Positions 49,680-61,233 of a stretch of 64,000 bases of DNA are shown in pieces; position 1 is the first letter of the stretch, and every line of letters starts with the position of its first letter. Both the position numbers and the translations under genes were made by a program. The stretch lies in NCBI GenBank assembly GCA_029558955.1, contig JAKQCW010000150.1, forward strand, positions 18,079 to 82,078, in the 5' to 3' direction. The notes below the pieces were generated by a model. It did not search any database. It had not been told where the DNA came from and saw only the letters and a program-made list of their open reading frames with translations. The DNA is from Chloroflexota bacterium. GTDB lineage: Bacteria; Chloroflexota; Anaerolineae; JAAEKA01.

Positions 49680-49889
49680 GACCTAAACCTCGGCAAGAAT
49701 GTGCCTGCGCCGCGGCAAGATCGCGGCAAAGGCAAAGATGACAGGCTCCGCGTCCAGCCGGCCGTGGAGCACATCCCACAGCCCCCTGGCCAGCGGCAGG
49801 GCGTTCTGCCCGGCCTGACCCTGCGTCTCGATCTGGTCAGGCGTGCCATTCTACCCCCGCGCAAACGGGCTGTCAATCCTGGGCTGCTA

Positions 49890-50080
49890 CAAACGGCGCT
49901 TCCAGATCTGGGCGGAGCCGAGGCTACGGGGTCAGCAGGGCAAGGGTGTTTGCGCGGCGCTTCCAAACATGGGCGGAGTCGAGGCTTCAGCCGGGTCTGG
50001 CATGGGCGGAGTCGAGGCTTCAGCCGGGTCTGGCCGAGGTGTTTCGAGCACTGACCGCCTGAAGGCTCGACTCCGTGTCC
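49890..50080. repeat. Family B (GGAGTCGAGGCTTCAGCCGGG) repeat copies: two direct left arms plus one right arm.
   Basis: gggcggagtcgaggcttcagccgggtctggc occurs twice, then gcctgaaggctcgactccg. Confidence 0.6.
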
Positions 50081-50121
50081 CAGGCCTGTTGACATGCGAA
50101 TTGCTGCGCTCGCCTGTCTCC

Positions 50122-50361
50122 TCACGGCAGCGCATAGCAGGCGCCGGCGTTGGACATGACGTAGGGGCAGCCGTTGACGTGGCCGCAGACCGTGCAGTCG
50201 ATGGCCGCGCGGTCCTCGATGCGCTCCAGCCGGCCCATGCGCACCAGCTCGGCCAGCATCCCCTCCAGCACCGCCGGCTCCAGGTCGAGCTGCGCGGCCA
50301 GCAGGTCCACGCTGAGCGGGCCGGGGGCGTTGCCAAAAAGAGTTAGGAGTTGACGTAACAT
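50122..50361 (-). CDS. feoC: FeoC-like ferrous iron transport regulator (winged helix plus Cys cluster). It is possibly extended N-terminally through the heptad repeat to 50715.
   Basis: Sequence: MLRQLLTLFGNAPGPLSVDLLAAQLDLEPAVLEGMLAELVRMGRLERIEDRAAIDCTVCGHVNGCPYVMSNAGACYALP. It has a wHTH plus a C..C....C......C cluster, like FeoC/YhgG, and lies downstream of feoB. Confidence 0.6.
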   Translation of the reverse strand: MLRQLLTLFGNAPGPLSVDLLAAQLDLEPAVLEGMLAELVRMGRLERIEDRAAIDCTVCGHVNGCPYVMSNAGACYALP

Positions 50362-50365
50362 TGTG

Positions 50366-50770
50366 GTCGGTGGTCGGTGGTCGGTGAACGGTGAACGGTG
50401 AACGGTGAACGGTGGTCGGTGGTCGGTGGTCGGTGAACGGTGGTCGGTGGTCGGTGAACGGTGGTCGGTGAACGGTGAACGGTGAACGGTGAACGGTGAA
50501 CGGTGAACGGTGGTCGGTGGTCGGTGAACGGTGAACGGTGGTCGGTGGTCGGTGAACGGTGGTCGGTGAACGGTGAACGGTGGCCGGTGAACGGTGGTCG
50601 GTGAACGGTGAACGGTGGCCGGTGGTCGGTGAACGGTGAACTGTGAATGGTGAATGGCAAACTGCGAATAGTGAACGGTCATCGGTGCAGCGATCACCCT
50701 CCGTTTACCGTTCACCGTTCACCGTTTACCCTCCGCTTACCGTTCACCGTTCACCGTTTACCCTCCACCG
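50366..50770. repeat. Heptanucleotide microsatellite (GGTGAAC/GGTGGTC)n of about 40 units, followed by inverted (GTTCACC)n copies.
   Basis: The direct 7-bp repeats run from 50366 to about 50650. Reverse-complement copies (ccgttcaccgttcaccgtttaccc) lie at 50700..50770. The region is stop-free on the minus strand in all frames, giving HRPPFTV-type translations. Confidence 0.9.
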
Positions 50771-50771
50771 T

Positions 50772-52943
50772 TCACCCTCCGAACAGCCACCCAGCCACCC
50801 GGTAAGTCACGAAACCGGTGATCCAGGCCAGCGCCAGCAGGTAGGTGAAGCTGAAGGCCATCCATTTGCCGCCGAATTCGGCCTTCAGCGCGCCCATGGC
50901 AGCGATGCAGGGGGCGTAGAGCAGCACGAAGACCAGAAAGGCCAGCGCGGACGCGGGGGTGAAATGGGTTTGCAGCGCCTGGCTGAGGGCCGTGTCGGTC
51001 TGGGGCGGTTCATCTCCCATCAGGTCGACGCCGGGGATCATGCTCAACACGATGCGCGCCGAGTCGACTACCGCCTGGCCAAAGCCGACCACGATGCCGC
51101 GCACGTCCGCGGCCAGATCCACCGGCTCAGGCGGCTCGTCCGGCGCGTCTCCCAGGTAGATCACGGCCATGCTGCTGATCACCACCTCCTTGGCCACCAG
51201 TCCCGTGACCAGCGAGCCCGCGGCTTGCCAATTGCCAAAGCCCAGCGGCTCGAAGGCGGGAGCGATCGCGCCGGCCAGCCGGCCAAAGACGCTCTCCTCA
51301 GTGCTGGCCACCCCCACCGGCAGGTTGAGCAGCGCCCAGACGGTGACGGAGGCGGCCAGGATCAGCGTGGCCGCCTTGTGTACGAATTCCGCGCTGTGCC
51401 GCCACATGTGGGTGCGCAGGCCGCGCCAGGCCGGCAGGCGATAGGGGGGCAACTCCAACACGAAGAGCGAATCGGTGGTCTTGCCGAAAAGGGTGCGGCG
51501 CATCAGCAGGCCGGTCAGCACAGCCAGCGCGATGCCCAGCAGGTAGAGCCCAAAGATCACCGCGCTGGCGTGCCGGGGGAAGAAGGCCGCGGCGAAGATC
51601 ACGTAGACCGGCAGGCGGGCCGCACAGCTCATCAGCGGCACCATCAGCCCGGTCAGAATGCGGTCACGGCGGTTTTCCAGCGTGCGGGTGGCCAGAATGC
51701 CGGGCACGTTGCAGCCAAAGCCGACGATCAGCGGGATGAAGCTCTTGCCGTGCAGTCCCAGCAGGTGCATCAGCTTGTCCATGACGAACGCTGCCCGCGC
51801 CATGTAGCCGCTGTCCTCCAGCAGCGCCAGGCAGAGATAGAGAATCAGCAACACCGGCAGGAAGACCAACACCCCGCCCACGCCGGCCATCACCCCATCG
51901 ACCAGCAGCGAGGTCAGCCAGGCCGGCGCGGCCACGGCGCTCAAGGCGGCCGCGACCCAGTTGGCCAGCACACCGTTGACGGTGGCATCGATCCAGTCCA
52001 CAAAGGGGGCGGAGGCGTCGGCGGTCAGCTTGAAGACCAGCGCCATCAGCCCGAAAAAGATGGGCAGACCCAGCACGCGGTGGGCGGCGATGTCGTCGAT
52101 GCGGTCGGTCAGGCTGCGCGGGCGATGTCCGCCGTGGCGCTTGACCACCTGATGGGCCAGGCCGTGCACGAAGCCATAGCGGCGGTCGGCCACCAGCAGC
52201 TCCACGTCGTCGCCGTAGACAGCCTGGACGCGGGCCGCGGCCTCCTCAGCCTGCTGGCGCAGCGCCGCGGCCTGCGGCGTGTCGCCCAGCGCCTGTGCGA
52301 CCAGCCGATCTCCTTCCAGCAGCTTGAGCGTGGTATAGCGCGGCGTGTCGCTGGCGATCAGCGCGCCGAGCTGCGGCTGCAAGGCGGCGATCTCCGCTTC
52401 CAGCTCGTTCCCGTAGTCGATCAGGTTGGGGTGTGACGCGGCCTCGGTCACGGCCAGGCCGACCAGGTCCATCAGCCCCTGGCGACGGGTGCCCACCGTG
52501 GGAACCACCGGCACGCCCAGCAGCCGGGCCAGCAGTTCCACGTCGATGGCGATCCCCTCGGCTTCGGCGCGGTCCATCATGTTCAACGCCAGCGTCACCG
52601 GCGCGCCCAGCTCCAGCACCTGCGCGGCCAGGTAGAGGTTGCGCTCCAGGTTGGTGGCGTCGGCGACGACGATGGCTGCATCGGGCCGCTGCTCCAGGAT
52701 GAAATCGCGCGCGATGACCTCCTCCGGCGAGTGCGCGCTGAGGCTGTACGTGCCGGGCAGGTCGACCAGCGTCACCGCCTGGCCGTTCCAGCGCACGACG
52801 CCCGACGCGACCTCCACCGTCTTGCCGGGCCAGTTGCCCACATGTTGTCTGCCCCCGGTCAGGGTGTTGAAGATGGTGCTTTTGCCGGCGTTGGGGTTGC
52901 CTGCCAGAACCACCACCGGCGAGGTGTCTGCTTTACCGGCCAT
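50772..52943 (-). CDS. feoB: Ferrous iron transport protein B.
   Basis: It has N-terminal G-protein motifs ([13 protein letters not shown]) plus a polytopic membrane domain, and is 723 aa. Confidence 0.95.
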   Translation of the reverse strand: MAGKADTSPVVVLAGNPNAGKSTIFNTLTGGRQHVGNWPGKTVEVASGVVRWNGQAVTLVDLPGTYSLSAHSPEEVIARDFILEQRPDAAIVVADATNLERNLYLAAQVLELGAPVTLALNMMDRAEAEGIAIDVELLARLLGVPVVPTVGTRRQGLMDLVGLAVTEAASHPNLIDYGNELEAEIAALQPQLGALIASDTPRYTTLKLLEGDRLVAQALGDTPQAAALRQQAEEAAARVQAVYGDDVELLVADRRYGFVHGLAHQVVKRHGGHRPRSLTDRIDDIAAHRVLGLPIFFGLMALVFKLTADASAPFVDWIDATVNGVLANWVAAALSAVAAPAWLTSLLVDGVMAGVGGVLVFLPVLLILYLCLALLEDSGYMARAAFVMDKLMHLLGLHGKSFIPLIVGFGCNVPGILATRTLENRRDRILTGLMVPLMSCAARLPVYVIFAAAFFPRHASAVIFGLYLLGIALAVLTGLLMRRTLFGKTTDSLFVLELPPYRLPAWRGLRTHMWRHSAEFVHKAATLILAASVTVWALLNLPVGVASTEESVFGRLAGAIAPAFEPLGFGNWQAAGSLVTGLVAKEVVISSMAVIYLGDAPDEPPEPVDLAADVRGIVVGFGQAVVDSARIVLSMIPGVDLMGDEPPQTDTALSQALQTHFTPASALAFLVFVLLYAPCIAAMGALKAEFGGKWMAFSFTYLLALAWITGFVTYRVAGWLFGG

Positions 52944-53265
52944 GAGTACCGCCGTAGAGCCAACGCAGCCAGCGCGGGCAGCGGCTGGCCTGCTGGGAAT
53001 CGCAGCCCTCTTCGGCTGGCTGATCGCAGTCTGCGCAGGGCAGCCGCTGGATCATGACCTGGCTGGCCTCGCTGCGCCGCAGGGAGAGTCGATAGCCCTT
53101 GACCATGTACTCCACCGGGTCGCCCAGCGGCGCCACACGCACCACGCTGATCTCTGCGCCGGGCACCAGGCCCATGTCCAGCAGACGTTTGCGCAGGGTC
53201 GCTCCGCCGTGTACAGACTGAATGGCCGCGCGCTGCATGGGGAGAAGGGCTGTCAGTTGTTCCAT
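52933..53265 (-). CDS. feoA: FeoA-domain protein with a Cys-rich C-terminal extension.
   Basis: The start is at [16 protein letters not shown] with the RBS AGGAG. The FeoA SH3-like core is followed by [24 protein letters not shown]. It overlaps the feoB start by 11 nt. Confidence 0.7.
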   Translation of the reverse strand: MEQLTALLPMQRAAIQSVHGGATLRKRLLDMGLVPGAEISVVRVAPLGDPVEYMVKGYRLSLRRSEASQVMIQRLPCADCDQPAEEGCDSQQASRCPRWLRWLYGGTHGR

Positions 53266-53535
53266 ATTTAGGTACTCCTGTAGAAATTCGGTCGAATTCT
53301 TTAGCCAGATCATAACATGGATTGTGCAAAATGGAATATGATCTGGGTCAGGTTTTGTCGCTATTTTTTCGCTCGCCGAGATGTGACGGCGCGTGCCTTG
53401 TCAGGATTAGCCTTGTCATCCTCCTCTCTGACCGGGCGGCTGTTGAAATTGCTGTCGGAGGTGTTTGACAGAACGCCAAGAAACAGGTATCCTCACCTCC
53501 ACGCAAGTTTCATATTTCACTCAGGAGTCTTCCCC

Positions 53536-53973
53536 ATGTCCGGTCACCTCGCCAGTATCGTCTATAGTCCCGACCCCGGCAGCTACAATCGCCATCCATT
53601 ACATGAGGCCATGCTTTTGGCCGGCTACGGCATCGAGGGCGACCGCAAAGGGGGCAACCCCCGGCGCAACCTGAACATCATGGATCAGGAGATGGTGGTG
53701 ACGCTGGCGGCTGAGGGCTTTCCCAGCGGCGCCGGTGTGCTGGGCGAGAACCTGATCATCGCCGGAGTCGATCTGAGCGCGCAGCCTGAGGGCGCGCGGC
53801 TGCGCATCGGCTCTGAGGCGGTGATCGAGGTGGTGAGCCTGCGCAAGCCCTGCTACAAGCTCACCGCCCTGGATGCGCGCATGCCCGACGCGGTGGTCGG
53901 CCGCGTCGGCGTGATGGCCCGCGTTGTGGCAGGTGGGCCGATCCGTGTGGGCGACGCGGTGGCGGTGCTGTGA
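53536..53973 (+). CDS. MOSC-domain protein (YiiM-like).
   Basis: It is 145 aa with ..GIEGDRKGGNPRRNLNIMD.. and a conserved Cys in ..LRKPCYKL... RBS CAGGAG. Confidence 0.7.
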   Translation: MSGHLASIVYSPDPGSYNRHPLHEAMLLAGYGIEGDRKGGNPRRNLNIMDQEMVVTLAAEGFPSGAGVLGENLIIAGVDLSAQPEGARLRIGSEAVIEVVSLRKPCYKLTALDARMPDAVVGRVGVMARVVAGGPIRVGDAVAVL

Positions 53974-54067
53974 CGTGGCGAGTGTCTGGCGTCGGGCCTG
54001 CGCCTGACGCCGGGCCGCAGACACCGAGCACCCTTCCTCTTGCCCCTCTCCCCTCACAGTTTCTATC

Positions 54068-55977
54068 ATGTGGCATACCTACTACCAACCGACAACGTTG
54101 TCTGAGGCGCTGGCCCTGCTCAGCCAGCACGGCCAGGAGGCGCGCGTCATCGCCGGCGGCACCGATCTGGTCATCGAGCTGGAACGGGGCGTGCGCAGCC
54201 AGCACATCCTGATCGACATCACGCGAATTCCGGGGCTGGACGGCATCGAGCTGGGGCCTGCTGCTGCGGTTCAGACGGGTCTCGATACGGCGCAGACGCC
54301 TACTCGACCGACGGATGTTGGGCCGGCGCAGACGGGTCTCGATACGGCGCAGACGCCTACTCGACCCACGGATGACTGGCCGGCGCATACGGGTCTCGAT
54401 ACGGCGCAGACGCCTACTCGACCCACGGATGATTGGCCGGCGGGGGAGGAGATCACCCTCGGCCCGCTGGTGACGCACAACGACGTGGCCGCGTCGGCGC
54501 TGCTGGTGGAACGGGTTTTCCCCTTGGCCCAGGCCTGCTGGGAGGTGGGCGCGCCGCAGATTCGCAACCGCGGCACCGTGGCCGGCAATCTGATCACCGC
54601 CAGCCCGGCCAACGACACCATCACCCCGCTGTGGGCGCTGGATGGCGCGGTGACGCTGGCCAGCGCGCAGCGCGGGGAGCGGCGGTTGACCTTCGACCAG
54701 TTCTATCTGGGGGTGCGCCGCACGGCCATGCAGCCGGACGAGATGTTGACGGCGATCCACCTGCGCGCCCTGCCGGCCAACGCCCGCGGCGTGTTCATCA
54801 AGCTGGGCCTGCGCCGCGCCCAGGCCATCTCGCTGGTCAACGTCGCGGTGGTGCTGGAATTCGCCCAACCGCCGCTCGGGCCGGTCTCTGACCGTGCCCG
54901 CGTCGTCCACGCCCAACCGCCGCTCGGGCCGGTCTCTGACCGTGCCCGCGTCGCCCACGCTCAACCGCCGCTCGGGCCGGTCTCCGACCGTGCCCGCGTC
55001 GCCCACGCTCAACCGCCGCTCGGGCCGGTCTCTGACCGTGCCCGCGTCGCCCACGCCCAACCGCCGCTCGGGCCGGTCTCCGACCGTGCCCGCGTCGCCC
55101 GCGTCCGCATCGCCCTGGGCGCCGTCGCGCCCACCATCGTGCGCGCCGAGGCGGCCGAGGCCAGCCTGCTGGACCAGCCGTTGAGCGACGCGGCCATCGC
55201 CCGCGCCGCCGACCTGGCCATGCAGGCCGCCCGCCCCATCGATGATCTGCGCGCCAGCGCCGGCTATCGCCGCGCCATGGTCGGCGTCCTGGTGGAGCGC
55301 GCCCTGCGCCAACTGCGCAGCGGCACGGAGCGCGCCGGCTTCCCGGCCGATCCCGTTCTGCTCAGGACCACGGCGAGCCCGCACTATTCCGGCGTCGAGC
55401 TGCCGGTTACGGGGCGCGGCGCAGCCATCCCGTTGACGCTCAACCATCGCTCGATCGCCCTTGACCACGCCGCCGGCAAGACTCTCCTGCGCGCCCTGCG
55501 CGAAGATGGCCACATGACCGGCGTCAAGGAGGGCTGCGCCGAAGGAGAGTGCGGCGCCTGCACCGTCTGGCTGGACGGCAAGGCGGTGATGGCCTGTCTG
55601 GTGCCGGCGGAGCGGGCCGCGGGGTGTGAGGTGGTGACGGTGGAAGGGCTGGCGCAGCAGGGGTCTCGATACGGCGCAGACGCCTACTCGACCCACGATG
55701 ATTCGCCCGGCGCGGAGGGGTCTCGATACGGCGCAGACGCCTACTCGACCCACGATGATTCGCCCGGCGGGTTGCACCCGCTGCAGGCTGCGTTTGTGGC
55801 TGAGGGCGCGGTGCAGTGCGGCTATTGCACCCCCGGCCTGCTCATGTCCGGCGCGATGTTGCTGGAGGAGCGCCCCCAGCCCACGATGGCCGAGATCCAG
55901 CAGGCGCTGGCCGGCAACCTCTGCCGCTGCACCGGCTATGCCAAGGTGGCGGCGGCGATCGAGAAGGCAGGTAGATC

Positions 55978-55981
<4 letters not shown>
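54068..55981 (+). CDS. Molybdenum hydroxylase (xanthine dehydrogenase / aerobic CODH family) fused FAD-binding (CoxM/XdhB-like) plus 2Fe-2S (CoxS-like) subunit. It carries three in-frame tandem-repeat insertions.
   Basis: The FAD domain is marked by ..[12 protein letters not shown].. and ..[11 protein letters not shown]... The ferredoxin part is marked by ..[13 protein letters not shown].. and ..[14 protein letters not shown]... Repeat-encoded inserts are [13 protein letters not shown] x3 (54272..54440), [16 protein letters not shown] x5 (54863..55102) and [17 protein letters not shown] x2 (55662..55768). Confidence 0.8.
54863..55102 (+). repeat. Five tandem 48-nt intragenic repeats, encoding [16 protein letters not shown] x5 in-frame.
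   Basis: The unit gcccaaccgccgctcgggccggtctc(t/c)gaccgtgcccgcgtcg(t/c)ccac occurs 5 times head-to-tail inside the CoxM/S-like CDS. Confidence 0.85.
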
Positions 55982-58236
<2,255 letters not shown>

Positions 58237-58256
58237 CGGTGTGACTGGAGGAAACG

Positions 58257-58463
58257 ATGCGACAGGTGATTGTATACCGAGGCGAGGATGGGTTTTGGGT
58301 ATCAGAGTGCCCGAGTCTGCCGGGCTGCATCAGTCAGGGCGTGACCCGTGAGGAAGCAATTCGCAACATCAAAGAGGCGATTGATCTCTACATCGATACG
58401 CTGATGGAAGATGGGCTGCCGGTGCCAGAAGAGCACTTCGATCTGTTGGCGGTTGCGGTATGA
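58257..58463 (+). CDS. hicB: HicB-family antitoxin (UPF0150).
   Basis: MRQVIVYRGEDGFWVSECPSLPGCISQGVTREEAIRNIKEAIDLYID - the classic HicB pattern. Confidence 0.7.
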   Translation: MRQVIVYRGEDGFWVSECPSLPGCISQGVTREEAIRNIKEAIDLYIDTLMEDGLPVPEEHFDLLAVAV

Positions 58464-58681
58464 GCAAGTTGCCGGAGCTCTCGGGGCGGGACTGCGCGCA
58501 GGCGCTGACGCGTGTTGGTTTCTACTTCAAACGGCAGACCGGCAGCCACATGGTGTTGCGCCGGGACGACCCGTTTGCTCAGGTGGTGGTCCCGGATCAT
58601 CGCGTGCTCGACCGCGGCACCCTGCGGGCGATCATCCGTCAGTCAGGTTTGAGCGTCGGTGAGTTCCTGGAACTGCTGTGA
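58460..58681 (+). CDS. hicA: HicA-family mRNA interferase toxin.
   Basis: ..FYFKRQTGSHMVLRRDDPFAQVVVPDH..LDRGTLRAIIRQSGLS.. matches the HicA (YcfA-like) pattern. ATGA overlap with hicB. Confidence 0.7.
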   Translation: MSKLPELSGRDCAQALTRVGFYFKRQTGSHMVLRRDDPFAQVVVPDHRVLDRGTLRAIIRQSGLSVGEFLELL

Positions 58682-59514
58682 ACTACGATTCTGGTCCTGA
58701 AAATCAGCTTGTCTTGATGCGCGGCGCCGGCGATCTGGCCAGCGGCGTGGCCTGGCGTCTGCACCGTTGCGGCTTTCCGGTGGTGATGACGGAGCTGGCG
58801 GCGCCGCTGGTGGTGCGGCGCACGGTCAGCTTCGCCGAGGCGGCCTTCGCCGGCCAGGCTGCGGTGGAGGGGGTTGTTGCCCAGCGCGCGGCCGATGTGG
58901 CCGAAGCTCGCCGCCTGCTGGCCGCGGGCGTCATCCCCCTGTTGATCGATCCGGCCGCGACCTGCCGCGCCGAGCTTCACCCCGCGGTCATGGTGGATGC
59001 CATCATGGCCAAGGTCAACACCGGCACGGCCATCGACGATGCGCCGCTGGTGGCGGCGTTGGGGCCGGGCTTCACGGCTGGCATCGACTGCCACGCGGTG
59101 ATCGAGACCAACCGCGGCCACGATCTGGGGCGGGTGATCTGGCAGGGCGCGGCCGAGCCGGACACCAAGACGCCGGGCGAGGTGGGGGGCTACAAAGGGG
59201 CGCGGGTGTTGCGTGCGCCGGCTGATGGCCAGGTGCATGCCCATGTGGCTATCGGCGACGCCGTGCAGGAGGGGCAGGTGCTGGCCCACATCGACGGCGC
59301 GCCCATCGTCGCACCCTTCGCCGGCGTGCTGCGCGGCATTGTCCATCCCAGCGTGTCGGTGTACACCGGCATGAAGATCGGCGACCTGGACGCCCGCGCC
59401 GAGCGACGCTACTGTTTCACCATCTCGGAGAAGTCGTTGGCGGTGGCAGGGGGGGTGTTGGAGGCGATTCTGACGCGGCTGGCGGCGGCCCGGCGAATGG
59501 AATTCGCCGGCTGA
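58678..59514 (+). CDS. YqeB-family selenium-dependent molybdenum hydroxylase system protein.
   Basis: ..LVLMRGAGDLASGVAWRLHRCGF.. N-terminus and about 270 aa length match the YqeB (EF2563) family that accompanies selenium-dependent XDH-family enzymes. A GTG start at 58678 overlaps the hicA stop. An internal ATG start is also possible. Confidence 0.6.
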   Translation: MNYDSGPENQLVLMRGAGDLASGVAWRLHRCGFPVVMTELAAPLVVRRTVSFAEAAFAGQAAVEGVVAQRAADVAEARRLLAAGVIPLLIDPAATCRAELHPAVMVDAIMAKVNTGTAIDDAPLVAALGPGFTAGIDCHAVIETNRGHDLGRVIWQGAAEPDTKTPGEVGGYKGARVLRAPADGQVHAHVAIGDAVQEGQVLAHIDGAPIVAPFAGVLRGIVHPSVSVYTGMKIGDLDARAERRYCFTISEKSLAVAGGVLEAILTRLAAARRMEFAG

Positions 59515-59651
59515 CAACACAAAGCGGCCTCAGCCACTGGGGAGGCGTCCGGCGAATGGAATTCGCCGGCTGACAACACAAAGCGGCCTCAGCCGCTGGG
59601 AGACCCGCTCCGCCAGGCCCTGAGGGGCCTTGGCATTGTCAGCCAGGGATT

Positions 59652-60026
59652 TCAATCCCTGGGCAGACTCGAAGCCTTGAGATGCGCGCTGCAATACGGG
59701 CAATCGGCTGTCTCCGTCCCTGTCCATTCCACCGTTGACACGCTCAACGGCGCGCCGCAGTTGGGGCATTTGCTGGGCAGCCAGTCGGTTCGGCGCTGCG
59801 CGGCCTGACGCTGCTCCCGCTGGCGTTGGATGTACCATTGCATCAGCGCCTGGCTGACGCCGCTGATGGCCGTCAGCACCAGAATCCCCGGCCAAAACCA
59901 TCCCTTCCAGAACAGAATGGCCAGACCGATCAGCCAGATGGCCGACTGGATCTGCTGCCAGGGCAACGGCAGCTCCGGTTCCTCCACTTGCTTGGGTGTT
60001 TGCGGTTTTGTTTCCTCTGCGGACAT
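59652..60026 (-). CDS. Small membrane protein with a C-terminal zinc-ribbon (hypothetical).
   Basis: MSAEETKPQ... has two TM helices, then CPNCGAPL...CPYCSAHL. RBS AGGAAGGA. The ORF-track N-terminal extension to 60500 overlaps the GNAT gene and is rejected. Confidence 0.5.
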   Translation of the reverse strand: MSAEETKPQTPKQVEEPELPLPWQQIQSAIWLIGLAILFWKGWFWPGILVLTAISGVSQALMQWYIQRQREQRQAAQRRTDWLPSKCPNCGAPLSVSTVEWTGTETADCPYCSAHLKASSLPRD

Positions 60027-60067
60027 GGTTACGTTTCCTTCCTGTCGGGTCGGTGCAGCCAGCGCCG

Positions 60068-60568
60068 TCAATCGGACAAAGCCATCTCCAGCTCGAGCTC
60101 GTCGCGGATCGGGATGCCGTCGTTGCCGATCATGGGAATCTCCGGCTTGATCTGGCGGGAACGGCTGACCGCGTCGCGGTGGAGGGCCGCCAGGGCGAAG
60201 CCCCGTCTCTGATAGAAGCGCAGCGCGGCCGTGTTGTCGTTGGTGGTGATCAGCCACAGCCGGCGGCAGCCGGCCTGCAGCGCCGCCCGCCGCGCGGCAG
60301 CGATCAGCGCCGTTCCGATCCCCTGGTTGGGATGGTCCGTGTCCAGCGTGACGATCTCGCACGCCTCGCCGGCGCTGTGATAGGTCAGCAGGCCCAGCCA
60401 TTGGTCGCCACCGACCGCGACGAAGCCGGGCAGCTCGCCCGGCCGGTACACCTGGCCGTGGGTCACCATGATCTCGCTGCCCCAGCGTCGCCTGATCCAA
60501 TCGGTCGCCTGCTGGCGCTGGTCGGCTTGCAGCGGGTGGAGGGTGAAGCTGAGCGAGTTAGCTGTCAT
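60068..60568 (-). CDS. GNAT-family N-acetyltransferase.
   Basis: ..QGIGTALIAAARRAALQAGCRRLWLITTNDNTAALRFYQRRGF.. is the acetyl-CoA binding motif. Confidence 0.8.
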   Translation of the reverse strand: MTANSLSFTLHPLQADQRQQATDWIRRRWGSEIMVTHGQVYRPGELPGFVAVGGDQWLGLLTYHSAGEACEIVTLDTDHPNQGIGTALIAAARRAALQAGCRRLWLITTNDNTAALRFYQRRGFALAALHRDAVSRSRQIKPEIPMIGNDGIPIRDELELEMALSD

Positions 60569-61119
60569 GCGGCATGCTTCAGCTTGGCCGCGAAGTTCTT
60601 GCGCATTTTTGCTACCTTGGGCGAGACCACTGCCTGGCAGTAGGGCTGGTTGGGGTTGTTGCTGAAGTAGTCGTGATGATAGTCCTCGGCCGGGTAGAAC
60701 CGGGTGACGCCGGTCACCTCGGTCACGATGGGGCGGTCAAACACCTCGGCCGCGGTCAGCTCGGCGATCATCGCCTGCGCAACGGCCTTCTGCTCCGGCG
60801 AGTGGTAGAAGATCGCCGAGCGGTACTGCGGGCCCACATCGCCGCCCTGGCGGTTCAGCGTCGTCGGGTCATGGAGGGCGAAGAAGATCTCCAGAATCTC
60901 CCGAAAGGTGATCACGGTGGGATCGAATTCTACCTGCACCACCTCGGCGTGGCCGGTCTGGCCATCGCACACCTGACGATAGGTCGGGTTGACCACGAAG
61001 CCGCCCGAATAGCCCGACGTCACATGCTCGACGCCGCGTATCTGGTCATAGACGGCCTCCAGGCACCAAAAACAGCCGCCGGCCAAGGTGGCGGTCTCAC
61101 GGTTGATTGCATCAGTCAT
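60565..61119 (-). CDS. msrA: Peptide-methionine (S)-S-oxide reductase.
   Basis: ATLAGGCFWCLEAVY... the MsrA active-site GCFWC motif. Confidence 0.9.
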   Translation of the reverse strand: MTDAINRETATLAGGCFWCLEAVYDQIRGVEHVTSGYSGGFVVNPTYRQVCDGQTGHAEVVQVEFDPTVITFREILEIFFALHDPTTLNRQGGDVGPQYRSAIFYHSPEQKAVAQAMIAELTAAEVFDRPIVTEVTGVTRFYPAEDYHHDYFSNNPNQPYCQAVVSPKVAKMRKNFAAKLKHAA

Positions 61120-61233
61120 GGGTGTCCATCCTCGTTTGTGTCCTGAGTTTCTCCTGATTTCCGCAGCCAGCGCGGTCGCCTGTGACGACCGCGACGCGGC
61201 AAATCTGTGAGTCGAAATGCGGTCGAGCTGGCG

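Noticed and set aside
50643-52436. 597-aa + strand ORF.
   Set aside because: It is antisense to feoB (with unmistakable G-protein motifs) and starts inside the heptad repeat.
59652-60500. 282-aa ORF-track protein.
   Set aside because: Its N-terminal 158 aa are an out-of-frame read through the GNAT gene (60068..60568). Only the C-terminal 124 aa (start 60026, good RBS) look like a real zinc-ribbon membrane protein.
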